A DNA stretch of 64,000 nucleotides from Octopus sinensis (Eukaryota): contig NC_043006.1 of NCBI RefSeq assembly GCF_006345805.1, positions 26,970,001 through 27,034,000 of the forward strand, in the 5' to 3' direction. Of this stretch, positions 26,089 to 39,705 are shown in pieces. The notes below the pieces were generated by a model. It ran no database searches. It saw nothing but the letters and a program-made list of their open reading frames with translations, and was not told the DNA's origin. The position numbers and the translations under genes are program-made. Positions within the stretch are counted from its first letter, which is position 1. Each line of letters opens with the position of its first letter.

Positions 26089-27377
26089 GTAAGATAATCT
26101 TAAATATATCAATATTATTAATTTTGGAACAATTACGTAAGTGTTGCGATTTACAAAAATGAACATTTTCAAAAATGCATGTATGTGTATGTGTATACAG
26201 ACTGCAAGGTTGATTTGAGGACATATTGGGTAATTTAATAAACTAACTCTAATCTAAAAAAAACTAAATGTATTTTCATGAAAATTTGTGCATGTATTCT
26301 TGATAAGATTTCATATAAGATTATTCTATGAATCTGCCATCAGCTTTGATGATTGCTGCAATGTGGGACTGGTATCATCGATATGTCTGCACTAAATGAT
26401 CCCTATTTCAACATTACCTGGACAAGGGTAGCCTTCAGTGAATTTACATTTATGTGAGGATGTTGATTAGTCTCCTTTCAACAATGTTCTAAATGTAGTA
26501 ACCCATGAGATTTAAATCGGTGGGGTGGCTCTGAGATCATAAGTTTAGTTTTATATGATCATAAAGATTGTTTGATATCCATTCTTGGGCTATATGGGTT
26601 CTCTGAGAAGGTTCTGAATCTTGTTGAAACATATATGACTTTCCACTGCATACTTCATCTACCCAGGGCTTAACAATTGTCTCCAGCATCACAACATATT
26701 CAGTAGCATTAATTGTAAGACCCTATAGACAGGTGTGAGGTATAATTATTTGCAGTTATTTTATATAATTTTTTCAATCTTGTGTCCTCATTATCAAGTA
26801 CACAGATCATAGCAGTTTTTAATAAGATTCTCAAGTTTTATATTTCTACTCTTGGAAGCTTGTAAGCAGAAAGATGAATACCAAATGGAAACCTTAATTA
26901 AGAAAGGATTTTAAACCAATGACAATAAAAAATAAGTTATATTTCAAGCTAATAATTTCCATTAACTAATTCTTTTGTAGGAAAGTGGGATAGTGAATAT
27001 AAAAATGAAGTGTTAAACTTTGTTGTTTATCAAATGTGTTTGAATTCAGTCTGTGGGTCAATCAATTTAAGTATATATTTTGGTTTAAGCAAAAGAAGTA
27101 TTCCAACCTATCACCACTACAAGAGAGGATGTCTGTTAGGACTAAAGTGTTAAAGTGTGCCCTCTACTCTCTGTTTTTATTCAGTTACTACTCTCCTAGA
27201 AGTGTTGCTGTAAATACTGCTGAGGAGCTAGAGCTCTCTGCAAGAGAGCAAAATACAATATGTTCATAAAGATGTATACATGGGGGAAACTTATGGTAGA
27301 CGAGTAGGTTTGCTTGCCTAAATTTCTAGAAAAGACTTTAAATTCTGAGATATTAAGTCATATATTTATATTTGCAG

Positions 27378-27434
27378 TATTTGTCAGTGCTCCTAACAAA
27401 ATTCCTGTGAATACAGATGATGGTGAACATGAAG
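27378..27434 (+). CDS. OVCA2: OVCA2-like exon 3 (VFVSAPNKIPVNTDDGEHE)
   Basis: ttgcag| ... |gtaaag; F.SAP motif; in-frame alternative donor at 27449/27450. Confidence 0.88.
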
Positions 27435-28109
27435 GTAAAGACATCAAAGGTTAGAATGAAAAAGATATTTTTGAAACTTTTTTATTCAGATTTAGAGGTG
27501 AGAACAGGCTTAGCATGCTGACAGTAGATTTTGTTCACTTTAAAAAAATTCCAGTACATATTGTATTGATTTATAAATATTTTCCTTGTTCAATTATTAC
27601 CTTTTTTCTTAATCTATGCATTGGAAATTATATACTGTGTCATTTTGTTTGTAATTTTGTGTAATTTGTCTCCATAATTGTAATTTTGTGTTCTGAATTG
27701 AAGTTATTTACATGAATAATGACTGAGAGAAGTCACCCTAAGGCATATTCTGTATGAAAAACAGCTGTTAATGCCATCATACTTAATGTAATAGTGGAAA
27801 ATATTTAATCAATAATACTTATGCAGTAAGGAGTAATATTCTAGCATGATTTTGTATATGACTATGCTTTATTGAGAAAATCTAATAAGATTGAAATCCT
27901 ATCCAGATTTATTAATCAGATTAAAATAATATTAATCACCCAGTCAATATTTTCTTCTCTTCATTGCATAAATATTATTTAATATTTTTTCTTCCTCACT
28001 ACATTGAATATAATGGCACTAACTTGACTTAGATTTACAGTCATGCTCTGTATGGGTTAGGATATTCCATATTAAAAAATAAATTTTAAAAACATAATTA
28101 AAAATGTTT

Positions 28110-29220
28110 ATGTTTAAAAAATTTAGAAAAGCTTGCTTCCCAACCATATGGTTCTGGGTTCAGTCCCACTGCATAGCACCTTGGGCAAGTGTCTTCTGCT
28201 GTAGCCTCCAGCCAACCAAAGCCTTGTGAGTGGATTTGGTAGACAGTAACTGAAAGAATCCTGTCACATATATATATATCTGTGTGTATGTGTGTATCTG
28301 TGTCTTTGTGTCTGTGTTTGTCCCCCCATCACCACTTGACAACAGGTGTTGGTGTGTTTACATCCCCGTAACTTAGTGGAAAAGACCGATAGAATAAGTA
28401 CTAGGCTTAAAAAGTAAGTCCTGGGGTCAATTTATTCAACTAAAATCCCTTCAAGGCAGTGCTCCAGCATGGCTGCAGTCAAATGGCTGAAACAAGTAAA
28501 ACAATAAAAAGAATAAACAATCCTTATAAACTGGCTGTGTGGTAAGAAGTTTGCTTCCCAAACATGGTTCCAGGTTCAGTCCCACTGCATGGCACTTTGG
28601 GCAAGTATTTTTTACTATAGCTCCAAATTAACCAAAGCCTTGCAAGTAGCTTTGTAGATGGAAACTGAAAGAAGCATGTCACATATACGTGTGTATGCAT
28701 GTCTTTTTGTGTTTGCCGTATCACCACTGCTCCTATATTGGTTTGTTAACATCCCCATAACTTAGTGGTTCAGCAAAATATATCGATAGAATAAGTACCA
28801 GGTTTAAAAAAAAAAAGTTCTGAGATCAAGAGTACTTATAAGAGGTTTTGTTTAATATCTTTTATCTTTTACTGGTTTCAGTCATTAGACTGCAACCATG
28901 CTGGAGCACAGCCTTGAGGAATTCTAGTCAAACTAATTGACCCCAATACTTATTTCATTTTCAAGCCTGGTACTCATTCTATCAGTTTCTTTTGCCGAAC
29001 CACTAAATTATGGGGACAAAACACACCAACACTGGTTGTCAAACACAGACAGACATGCACGCACACACACACAACAGGCTTCTTTCAGTTTCTGCCTACC
29101 AAATCCACTCACAAAGCTTTGGTTGGCCTGAGGTTATAATAGAAGTAGTAGAAGACACTTGTCCAAGTTGCCATATGTTTCAGAAACAAGCTTCTTACTA
29201 CACAGCCACGTTTACACCTG
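28110..29220. mobile_element. Cluster of three octopus-type tRNA-derived SINEs (+, +, -)
   Basis: 28110-28520 (+), 28525-28830 (+) and 28860-29220 (-) all align to the 45243-45607 copy. Confidence 0.85.
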
Positions 29221-29784
29221 TGTGAAACTATCATTCATTATTTGTGTCTAACAAAGTTTATGATTGCAGAAGAAACTAAATATGCTCTGGTATTTAGTTT
29301 TATGCTCTCAGTATTCTGTTTTTTAACTAAATTACTTATCCCTTTGTGAGAATGTTAGAATTTAAGTAGTTTTTGTAACTGAACATGAATCTATGGCATA
29401 ATCATGAAATCATGCAGAAATAAAATAGAAATATATGGAAATGGTCTTATTCATTTCAGTGTTAAGATTGGTAAATTAGTTGGAGTCCAACTCTTTCAAA
29501 GTAACAATTTAGAAAATCAAGCAACTAGGCAGTATATGCTATTTCTTCACAAAATCCATTAATGGTTCTTTTGTGCTTTAATTTTGTTTTAAGACTTCAC
29601 TCTAAGCAAACCATGCTTATGGTTAACTTCAGCTAAGTCCCATTAATGTTAGTTTGGAAGCCATTAAAAAAGAAATTAAACAATTTTCAAAGCCAAAGTA
29701 AGATGTGGATATGAGCTATATACATATATGAATAAAACTAAATTTTAAATGAAAAAAGCCTAAAGCATTTCTTATGCATGAGTG

Positions 29785-29995
29785 TGAGTAGCTTCGCTGG
29801 GCGAAATGCGTAGCCGTATTTCGTCTGCCGCTACGTTCTGGGTTCAAATTCCGCCGAGGTCGACTTTGTCTTTCATCCTTTCGGGGTCAATAAAATAAGT
29901 ACTAGTTACGCACTGGGGTCGATATAATCAACTTAATCCATTTGTCTGTCTTTGTTTGCCCCCTCTGTGTTTAGCCCTGTGTGGGTTGTAAAGAA
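29785..29995 (+). mobile_element. Deu/Nin-like SINE (well preserved copy)
   Basis: GGGTTCAAATTCCGCCGAGGTCGACTTTGTCTTTCATCCTTTCGGGGTCAATAAAATAAGTAC. Confidence 0.8.
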
Positions 29996-30567
29996 ATATA
30001 TCTATTGACTCATGTGTCCTTAATGAGTGAAACCCAATAACTCTTGTCATTTATCATGAGTGGTACTGAAGTTAGCACTATAGTTTGTGAAACTGTCAGC
30101 AATTTAGCATTACTGCTATTGCTTACAGTGGTAAAATATATTTAATGATTTACTAGTGACTATTTTGGCAGGTATTATAAAGGGTGTATTTCTGATGAGG
30201 TCAGAATAAAAGTAAAACATATCATGTAATCTCATCTTTATTTTTTGGTAAAATGAAAATAATATTAGCCATTGACAAATATTGCATTATTATTTCTAGT
30301 CAGTTTGTTTAATGGTACTTAAATATATTAACACTAGCTTGCTAATTGTTTTTCATGCAGTTGGTATCCATGAATTATTTAATTAGGTAAACTTAGCTAT
30401 TAAAAACTGTCCTGTTGCATCACTGTATGAATGATTGGGTATTAACTACTGACACTTGCTAATTGCTGTCCAGACCACTTCTGCAATGTTAGCAGTTATA
30501 ACAGTATACATAACTACATATCTGCCTTTTATTGTACAGAACATTTTAAAACTGTTTGCCATTCCAG

Positions 30568-30692
30568 ATATTGATGAAAGAGGTTGGTGGTTTTCAAGAG
30601 AAGACAAATATTTCCATGCTCAAGAAGAAACAAATTGTTGTATTGGTTATGAACAATCAATAGAAATGATTAAAAACGTCTTGAAAGAACAG
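30568..30692 (+). CDS. OVCA2: OVCA2-like exon 4 (DIDERGWWFS...EQSIEMIKNVLKEQ)
   Basis: ttccag| ... CAG|gtttct; RGWWFS family motif. Confidence 0.93.
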
Positions 30693-31738
30693 GTTTCTAT
30701 GGAACTTTTACACTTTTCATTCATTTTTTAAAAAACTGATTTTAAATTTTGTTAAGTATTTTTCAACTTTATTCTTTTAAAGAGAAATGTTTTCACTAGA
30801 TTTCTAATAAAAACTGTGCTTCTTTTTGTTTCATTCCTTTTACAAATATTTTTTCTCTGATTATTGCCTATGTAACTAAATATTTGAAGTTAGAATCAGG
30901 ATGTTCTTGAGGTAATTTTTTGTACATGTAATATACACCTCATGGTATATTTCTAGACTGCAGGTGGAATGGCTTTATGCAAAGATTATGGAAGAATGAA
31001 GACGGTATCATTTTCATAGGAGTTTGTTTGGTTATTGAAAGCAAAAGAGACATAATCAAACAAAGCACACTTGAGAAGATAGAATGGAGATCAGAAAGTG
31101 CCCTATTGATACATACTCTGATGGTACAAACAGACAGTAAACTTGTTATACAGAATGTAAGATATTGATAGAATTCAAAAGTTGGCAATTTAGGTTTTCA
31201 GTTTAGAAGTAATCAAAAGATTTGTTGATGGAAACATGCAGGTGATACCACATTTCACTCTTTCACAATCTTTTGCATAGATGTGTCCTTAATATGGAAA
31301 GCAGACAACCCTCATCAGATTTGTATTACTTCTGAGCCATAGACACTGTCCAGCTCTCCTAACTCGGCAAGTAAAAAAATAAATAAGAATAGAGATCTAA
31401 GAATATTCTGCAGTAGGGACATAGTAGTGACTCTGATATTAGCTTTGTGTAAGTTGAAGTTAACAGAAGAAATAAAGAGGAGAAAGCATTCTAGTCTCAG
31501 AATGAAGACAAAAAATTCTCCAGCACTCATTTTATTTAATGGAATGAAACTATCTTTTATTTTCCATATTTTTGTTTGATGATTAAAATTGAAAGATTTT
31601 GAAGTATAAAATTTATCAAATATAAAATATGTAAAAAGCCTTAAATTAGAATTTAACACCAACTAATATATATTAAATTCATTCCCTTAAGCCTTAATTT
31701 ATTAGATAATTTGTTAGAGTTCTATTTCATGCTTGTAG

Positions 31739-31820
31739 GGACCATTTGATGGATTATTTGGATTTAGCCAGGGTGCTTCTTTAGTATCACTCTTATGTGG
31801 ATTAAGAGAACAAAATCCTG
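31739..31820 (+). CDS. OVCA2: OVCA2-like exon 5 (GPFDGLFGFSQGA; catalytic Ser)
   Basis: ttgtag| ... |gtaaga; GFSQG nucleophile elbow. Confidence 0.95.
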
Positions 31821-31964
31821 GTAAGATAGTATTATAATTTTTAAACCTTTTGCAAACATATTTCAAATACTCATGTTTTTATTTATTTTGAAAATCATTA
31901 AGAATTATAGAAAGAAAAACCAATCATTGGTATTAATCAAAGGTTAATAAACTGGTGTTTAGAA

Positions 31965-33830
31965 CATCATCGTCATTTAATGTTCATTGTTCATGCTGGC
32001 ATAGGTTGGAAGGTTCAACCAGAGCTAGTAAGCTGAGGGCCTGCACCAGACTCCAGTCTGATTTGGCATGGTTTCTAACAGCTGGATGCCCTTCCTAATG
32101 CCAACCACTCTGAAAGTGTAATGGGTGCTTTTACATACCACTTGTATCTGCCATGACTACAGTTTGGCTTGGCTTGATGGGTCTTCTTCTCAAGCATGGC
32201 ATATTGCCAAGGGTCTCGGTCATTTGTCATTGCCTCCATGAGGCCCGGTGCTCAAAAGGTGCTTTTTACATGCTAGTTATGCAACACTGGTATTGCTTCC
32301 ATGAGGCCCAATGCTCAAATGATGCATTTTACATGCCAGTTACATGACACCAGCATTGGCCACGACTACAATTTCACTTGGCTTGATGGGTCTTCTCAAG
32401 CATGGTATATCGCCAAAGGTCTTGGTCAATAATAATTGCCTCCATGAGGCCTAATGTTCAAAGATCATGCTTCACCACCACGTCCCATATCTTCCTGGGT
32501 CTACTTCTACCTCAGGTTCTCTCCACAGTGAGAGATTAACACTTCTTTACACAGCTGTTCTTGTTTATACACATCACATGACTACACCAGTGCTGTCATC
32601 TCCCTCGCACACCACATCTGATGCCTCTTATGCTCTACCTTTCTCTCAAGACGCTTACACTCGGTCGCACATGCACACTGACATTGCACTTCCAACAAAG
32701 CATACTATCTTCATTTCTTTCAAGCCTTGCATGTCCTTGGCAGTCACAAACCATGTTTCACTGCTGTGTAGCATAGCTGTTTGCACACAGGTGTCATACA
32801 GTCTATCTTTCACTCTGAAGGAGAGGCCTTTTGTTGCCAACAGAGGTAGGAGCTCTCTGAACTTTGCCTAGCCTGTTCCTATTCTCACAGCTTCGCATCT
32901 GGAGCATCCACCTCCACTACTGACTTAGTCACCTAAATAACGGAAGCTATCAACTACCTCTAGCTTACTCCATGGAATCTATTTTCTGTACATTTTTGGT
33001 GTTTATTGTACCTGTGCACCTTCCACACAAAAACTATTGTTTCAGTTAATCTTCCTCTGATATTGCTGCACCTCTCATGTGTCCATAACTTGCACTGGGT
33101 ATGTCTTATGGAATTTCTACCTACGCCTTTTTACAGGGATTTGGGATTTGTCTGTTTTCCTACTTACTAAGACTTTGGTTTTTGCTAGGTTAACTCTAAG
33201 GCCCTTTGATTCCAGACCTTGTTTCCACAGCTGAAATTTCTTTAGTTCTGGTAGTGATTCAGCTATAAGAACAAGGTCATCAGCATAGAGGAGCTCCCAG
33301 GGGTAGCCCATCTCAAATTCCTCTGTTATTGCCTGGAGGACTTTGATGAACAAAATGGGGCTGAGGACTGATCCTTGGTAAATCCCTACTTGTACCTGGA
33401 ATTCATCGCTATACTCATTGCCAACCCTCACCTTACAGCATCCCTGTACATGGCTTGTACAGCTCTCACCAACCATTCATCTATCCCTAGTTTCCACATT
33501 GACCACCAGATAAGGGATCAAAGGACCCTGTCAAAGGCTTTCTCCATGTCAACAAAAGCCAAGTACAGAGGTTTATCTTTGGCTAGATATTTCTCCTGCA
33601 GCTACCTTACCAGAAATATAGCATCTCTCTGTGACTTTCATCATATAATCCAACAGTTTGATACCTCTGTAATTATTTCTATCTAAGGTGTCACCTTTAC
33701 CTTTGTATGAAAATTGAAGAACATTCAAAATTGCGAATACAAAGTATGAAGTCACAGATTGATGTGATTCCTGGCCAAGAAAAATCATAGATATCAGAAA
33801 AGAGAATCTGAGATGATGTATATGGGACAG
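31965..33830 (-). mobile_element. Degenerate RTE LINE in OVCA2 intron 5
   Basis: QGSVLSPILF...YPWELLYADDLV (33117-33476), LYDTCVQTAMLHSSETW (32655-32840), 3'UTR and (GAT)n tail. Confidence 0.85.
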
Positions 33831-34236
33831 ATATCTATTTGAGTGGATCTGAATAGTTCAATGTCACTTTATCTGCATAACATGCAGTCTGGTTTTGGCT
33901 TCGGGTCATGCATGTGATTCAATAATGAATTACATTTACTTGTGGAATAGATATTCAGCTGCAGACTTTCAGCAAAGGGAGCTGAGATAGAGTACATTTT
34001 CAATCCATGCCAAAACAGACATATAGTGTCAGGGCAGCTGACCAGCTCCTGTTAAACTGTCCAATCCATGCCAGCATGGAGAACAGACATTTAATGATGA
34101 CAATGACACAATTTTTATGAAAAAATTTCCAGCATATTTCTTGAATAACTCACTTCTTGAATCATTGAGCCATTGTACTTCACTATTAAAAAAATATAAA
34201 ATTTTATTGTATGATTTACTCATAATTCTATTACAG

Positions 34237-34377
34237 ATGGAGACCTGAAATTTTCATTTGCAATTATGGTTGCTTCTTTTAAAAGTAAGAGTTTACAACA
34301 TCAGTCATTGTATGAACAAAAAGTTACCATTCCAACACTGCATGTTTTTGGAGAAACAGACCGTGTCATTCCAAAGA
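34237..34377 (+). CDS. OVCA2: OVCA2-like exon 6 (FAIMVASF...IPTLHVFGETDRVIP; catalytic Asp)
   Basis: ttacag| ... |gtaagt; P.LHVFG.TD.VIP motif; phase 1 in and out. Confidence 0.95.
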
Positions 34378-35269
34378 GTAAGTAAAAAAAAGTCTATTCA
34401 AAGGACAAGTGTTCTTTACCCTTCTGCCTATGAAGAGAATTTCATAGCAAGGCTATCACTGTTTCTGACTGGTAATTGTTTGTGTCTGATTTGCATAGCC
34501 ATCATTGATAAGTTTTTCATATGTAAGAGAGTGAGATGGTGCATGTGCTTAGAAGAGCAATGAATCAGCCTTGAGGTATGCTAGGATAATCATACTTTAT
34601 TATGTTCAAGATGATTAATAAAATGTAGTCATATTAACTTGCTTTTCACAACACAAGCATAAAAAATTGTGAACTAATTACATTAAAAATGTGTGTTAGA
34701 TATAAATATGTATGTGCAGACATGACTGTGTGGTAAGAAGCATGCGTTTCCAGATTCAGTCCCACTGCTTGGCACCTTGGATAAGTGTCTTCTTCAATAG
34801 AAGGGCCAGCCAAGTCTTGTGGGTTGATCTAATAGATGGAAACTGAAAGAAGCTTCTGTGTGTGTGTGTGTATGTCTTCTTGCTTTAACATTGCATGATA
34901 GTTGTAAGTGAGTGTCATGCAAGAAGTGTCACTCATTTCCAATACTCTTCAAGAACATATCTGGCTATGGGGGAATATCACCATTGCTTGGAAACAAGTG
35001 ACAGGAAGGCATCTGGCCATAGAAAATGTGCCTCAGTAAATTCTATCCAACCCTATGCAAGCATGGAAAAGTGGAAATTAAGTGATTATGATATATATAT
35101 GTGGTTGTAAAGAGAGCGGGATCAATGCAAATGGTTGGGGAGATGAAAGACATTGACAGAGGAAGTCACAGATGTGAGATAAAAGGACAACAAATATAGG
35201 CCTGACAAGGGACAAATATTGCAGCCACTAAACATTACCCTTGAATTAAGAGTACATTGGCCATGAGTG

Positions 35270-37400
35270 GACAAGTCTTCTACAACACTGCATATTGCCA
35301 ATTGTGATGGTCCTTTGTCATCTTCAGATCAGCTTTCACCATTTTGTCTTGAGTCTTCCTTAGTTTTCTTCTTCTGTAGGTTCCATAACTTGGAGTGCTC
35401 AGCCCTTCTTTATACAGCAATCATCCTCCATGTGCATCACATGCCGACACTAACTAGCATTTTCTCAACACCTGATTCCTCGTAGTTTATTCATACACAG
35501 GCATTCATTTTTTCTCGTAGTTTATTCATATACAGGCATTCATTCATACTCACATCACTCATCCAACAGAGCATGCTTGCCTTTACAAGACTTGTACATT
35601 CAAGGCCCACATCACACTATTATTCAGCATGAATGATTGTGTCATATCTTCATTCTGAAGGAAAAAAAAAAGCTTCATTGCCTGCAGAAGTTGTAGCTCC
35701 ATGAATTTCTTTACCAACCTGCTTTTATCCTGGCAACTATATTTTCTGAACAACCACTTTGCCTGCTAATTATATCACCTAAGTAATAGAAGTTAGCAAC
35801 TACTTCCAGTGAAGCATCAGAGCATTTAAGAAAGTCTTTCTTGGAGTGTATTGCTCTAGTGCACCTGTGACAGGTTTATGTAGCAAAGGGAGAAATAGAA
35901 AGTAGATTTTCCAATGTTGTACAGTGTGAGTATCAGAGGTTTTTTTAGATTAAGATAGTGTATCAGAGAAAATCAAAATGTTGTGGGTAAGAAGTGTTTG
36001 TAGATAAATAAAGGTGCACTTGCACTTAGTGATTCTGAGAAGAAAGAGACATAGAAATGCCACTATGAAAGGTTTTTAAACATGAAGAATATCTGGGAGA
36101 AAGAGGGTCTTTATAGTATGCAGTTAGCAGAGGGACCAACTGTCCTAAATGACAGTAGCAATTAAGTATATGAAGGCAGGGAAAGCCTCTAGTTCATCAG
36201 GAATTGCCACTAAGATGCTGAAAATATCTGGCAGAGTAGTATATGGCCTAGTCACTCATATAGTTGTATAGGGAGTTGTCATCCCAAATGATTGGTGTAG
36301 TAACATTATTGTCAGCTACTGCAATAGTTTAGGAAATACCTTAGAAGTAATTAGAGAGGTTTAAAATTGCAGGGCCTGGTCATGAAAATTATGGAAAGAG
36401 TTCTAGCCCAATTAATTTGAAAGAAAGTTATCCTACATGAGATGAAATTTATTTTGTGTCAGGGAGGACTAGCTAAAAGTAAGCCATTAACCTGAAGAAA
36501 GCCTTCAATAGAGTCCCTTGCTCTGTAATCTGGTAGCCTCTAAGGAAACTAGGGGTAGCTTGTGAAAGCCATATACAAGGGTGCTATCAGTAAGATGAGA
36601 GTTAGCCGTGATGAATTCAGGGAACAGGTAGGAGTTTACCAAGGTTCAGCTCTCAGTCCTCTCTTATTTGTCATTGTTCTCCAAACCATAACAGGAATTT
36701 AAGACAGGCTACCTTTGTGTAACCTCAGTCTCATAGTGAAATCTGTAGTAGAATTGGAAAAAAATTCCAAAACTCAGAATCAAAGGACCTTAAAGTTAAC
36801 TTATGAAAGACCAAAGTAAACAAGAAAACTGACAGGACTCCACTCCCCTCAGATAGATATGTAGGAATGGTACAGGCAGGAATTCCATATGATATTCAGT
36901 GCAAACTATGGACACAGGTTTTCTCATATATCATGGAGATAGTAGGTAGTTACTGTGTTACCTAGGTGACCTACTTAGAAGTGGAGGAGGATGTTCTAAA
37001 TGTATAGTTGATAGAATAAAAATAGCATGAACAAAGTCCTGTTGGTAAAAAAGTTGTCTCTCTTTCAGAGTAAAAGGTAGATTGTATGATGTTTGTGTTT
37101 GAACAACAATGCTACATAGTAATGAGACCTGGGCTCTGAATGCAGTGGACATGTAACAACTAGAGAGGAGTGAAGCTAAAGTGTTCCATTAAAATGTACA
37201 ATGTCTGTATATATGTACACTACTATACTAAGGTATTGACAGAAAAATTAGGCATAAGTGGAATCAGATGTAGAAAGAAAACTGCACTGGTTTGGTCATG
37301 AGGATAGCTGCGTGAAGAAGTGTCATCATCATCACAATCGTTTAACATCCACTTTCCATGCTAGCATGGTGTCACTTGCTTAAAGTGGATGGAACTTGTA
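35270..37400. mobile_element. Old RTE fragments (- strand 35270-35850, + strand about 35900-37400) in OVCA2 intron 6
   Basis: Recognisable but stop-riddled homology to 42475-44220 (KAGKASSSSGIATKMLKISG, QGSALSPLLF, LYDVCV). Confidence 0.7.
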
Positions 37401-37764
37401 GAGGAGTTAGGGCCAGGAAGTGCACCTCCACCCTTGTTTAGCACACACTACATTCACCTCTACCCCTATCTCTATCTTTACTCTCCTCTCACACTCTTAG
37501 GAAACTATCCCTCTCTCCTCCAATGATCCACCCTTCACATCCTCACCTTTTTGTACCTAGAGTGTTTCCTCTGGCACCCTACCATTATTTTTTTTATCCC
37601 CTTCGCAGCTGCTTCCACCCACCATTATATGGTATAAGGTAGCTATATATCTCTTCTTTAACATACTTAGCCATAACACCACGTATAAAGCCATTTCACT
37701 TTTTCAAATACTTCCCTTTGTATGTATGTATGTATGTATACACACACACACACACACACACATA

Positions 37765-38641
37765 CAGGGTGGGTAGAAAGTAACTAGGCATTAGAAATCG
37801 CTTATAGAATTTTTAGTATCACTGAAGTCATGACGAAAACATTTTTTAAACAAACAACACTAATGGGAATTTCTTATTTTCTTATTTCTTGTTTCTTATT
37901 CTCCAGATGACCAGTCTCTTGACTGATCAGGAGCAAGCTAAGATAGCAGCACACTATGAAGTGTGGAATTCCATTGTTTTGGTTCTGAGATGGTGGCATG
38001 CATGGAAAGGTAAGCATGCAACACTACATCTGAAGACAATAAAAAATTGTCATGCAAAGCTGATGACCACAGGCTCTCTGAATGATACAAGAAGAAGTGG
38101 CCACTCAACTACATCCCGTCAGCAGAGAATGTGGCACCAGTGCAGGAAATGCTTAATCGAAGCCAACAAAAATCAACACGTCAAGCAGCTCATGAAAGTG
38201 GACTAACAAGACACACAATAAGAATGGTGTTGCATAAAGAATTGAATTTTCGTCCATGGAAACTCCATTACATGCAGGATCTAAAACCTGAAGACTGTGA
38301 CTGCAGAAGTCCAGAACTCACTCCATGTGATTTTTACCTGTGGGGTTACACAAAAGAAGAGGTGTACAAGACAAAACCTTGCACACTGGACCACTTGGAG
38401 ATGCTGATTCAGGCAGTTCTCAATGATAACCCAGACGATGTCCTTCAAAAGTTTGTTCATTCCATCCCTGGTCGTTTCAGGAAACTTGTTGACGCCACCG
38501 ATGCTTACGTTGAAATATGAAGATTTACTTTCATTTTCCCATGTAATAAAGAACACGTATCATTTGTTTCAATAAATTTGTAAAAAGAATATGGATTTTA
38601 TTGCCAATTTTCAATGCCTACTTACTTTTTCACCTACCCTG
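37765..38641 (+). mobile_element. Internally deleted Tc1/mariner element (maT/rosa-like), 877 bp
   Basis: TA|CAGGGTGGGTAGAAAGTAACTAGGCATT ... AATGCCTACTTACTTTTTCACCTACCCTG|TA; HTH pieces and SPELTPCDFYLWG in ORFs 37889-38206 and 38131-38520. Confidence 0.9.
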
Positions 38642-39079
38642 TAATATATATATATGTATATATATATCAGCCGAAATTGTGAGGATAATCTGGTGCTTGA
38701 CTGAGGATAGAAAACTTCAAATGACCTGTCCTTGTTTTCTTTATATTGTCTATCTGGATGTTTTATTGTCCCTTTTTGTATCACCTAGCTGTCCGGATAT
38801 TTTGCGTTCTTGTCCATTTTGTATTTTATATATATATATATAGCGGCGTACGTACATTTTGCCCTCTTATATATATATGGGTGTGTGTGTCTTACACTCA
38901 AGGTAGATTTAGTATTCAGTTGTCATATAATAGTATAGGAAAGATATTTAAGAATAATTATTTATTCAATTTCTTTCTTTTCTTTTTTTAATTTTTGTTG
39001 CATCTTGCTACATTTTCAATTGTCAAAACTATTTTCAATTGTTTTTCATTTAATTATTTTGTGTCTCTTTCTATTTTAG

Positions 39080-39228
39080 GTATGAGTGAAGAACTTTTAG
39101 AAAATTACACTAACTGTACAATACTTCAGCATGCTGGTGGCCATTATGTTCCATCGACGTCCTTAGAAAAGAAGGCTTATATTCAGTTTATTGAGCAGCA
39201 AGCTAAAGTGAAAGAACTTGAAAACTGA
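39080..39228 (+). CDS. OVCA2: OVCA2-like terminal exon (HAGGHYVP; catalytic His), stop TGA
   Basis: ttttag| ... TGA; spliced CDS of 648 nt (215 aa) is open throughout; AATAAA at about 39284. Confidence 0.95.
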
Positions 39229-39705
39229 CAGATTTGTTGTGAACATTATATTTTGAAATTAATAATTAAAATTTCTGTTACAAAATAAAAAAAAAAATTG
39301 TTGTCTTACAGTTTGAAAATTCATGAAAATTTAAATTTGTATTTACATACCCATGCACCTACAGTATGGAAGTGAAATCTGAAAAACAGGAACTGAAAAT
39401 TTTTCCGAGATCTTTTTACTCCTTTTAGTTTTTATAATTTTCTTTTTGAACAACTTTTTTTGTTATCTCGGGTGTTGATTTGCTAAATTTTCATGAATTG
39501 TTGCTGTAAATAGTTATTTTCCTGAATACCAGGTTTCAGTATTTCGTCGGTGCCAGTTTACTTCATTTAAGTCTCTGATGCCTTTGAAAGAAACAAGATC
39601 ATCATACACTTTAATTCTTCTTCCTTATGGAGCTGCAACATTGTGATTACATAATGTAATTTAAAAATAATAATCACAAAATTTTAAAAATTATATTTAC
39701 ATTAA

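Noticed and set aside
30456-30567. Hydrophobic N-terminal extension (signal/TM-like) of ORF 30456-30731
   Set aside because: It is intron sequence upstream of the 30568 acceptor; the spliced frame already gives a complete protein.
38680-38800. Fourth hammerhead-like pLTR fragment (TTGACTGAGGA...TTCAAA)
   Set aside because: Core spacing and the GAAA motif do not fit; too degenerate to call.
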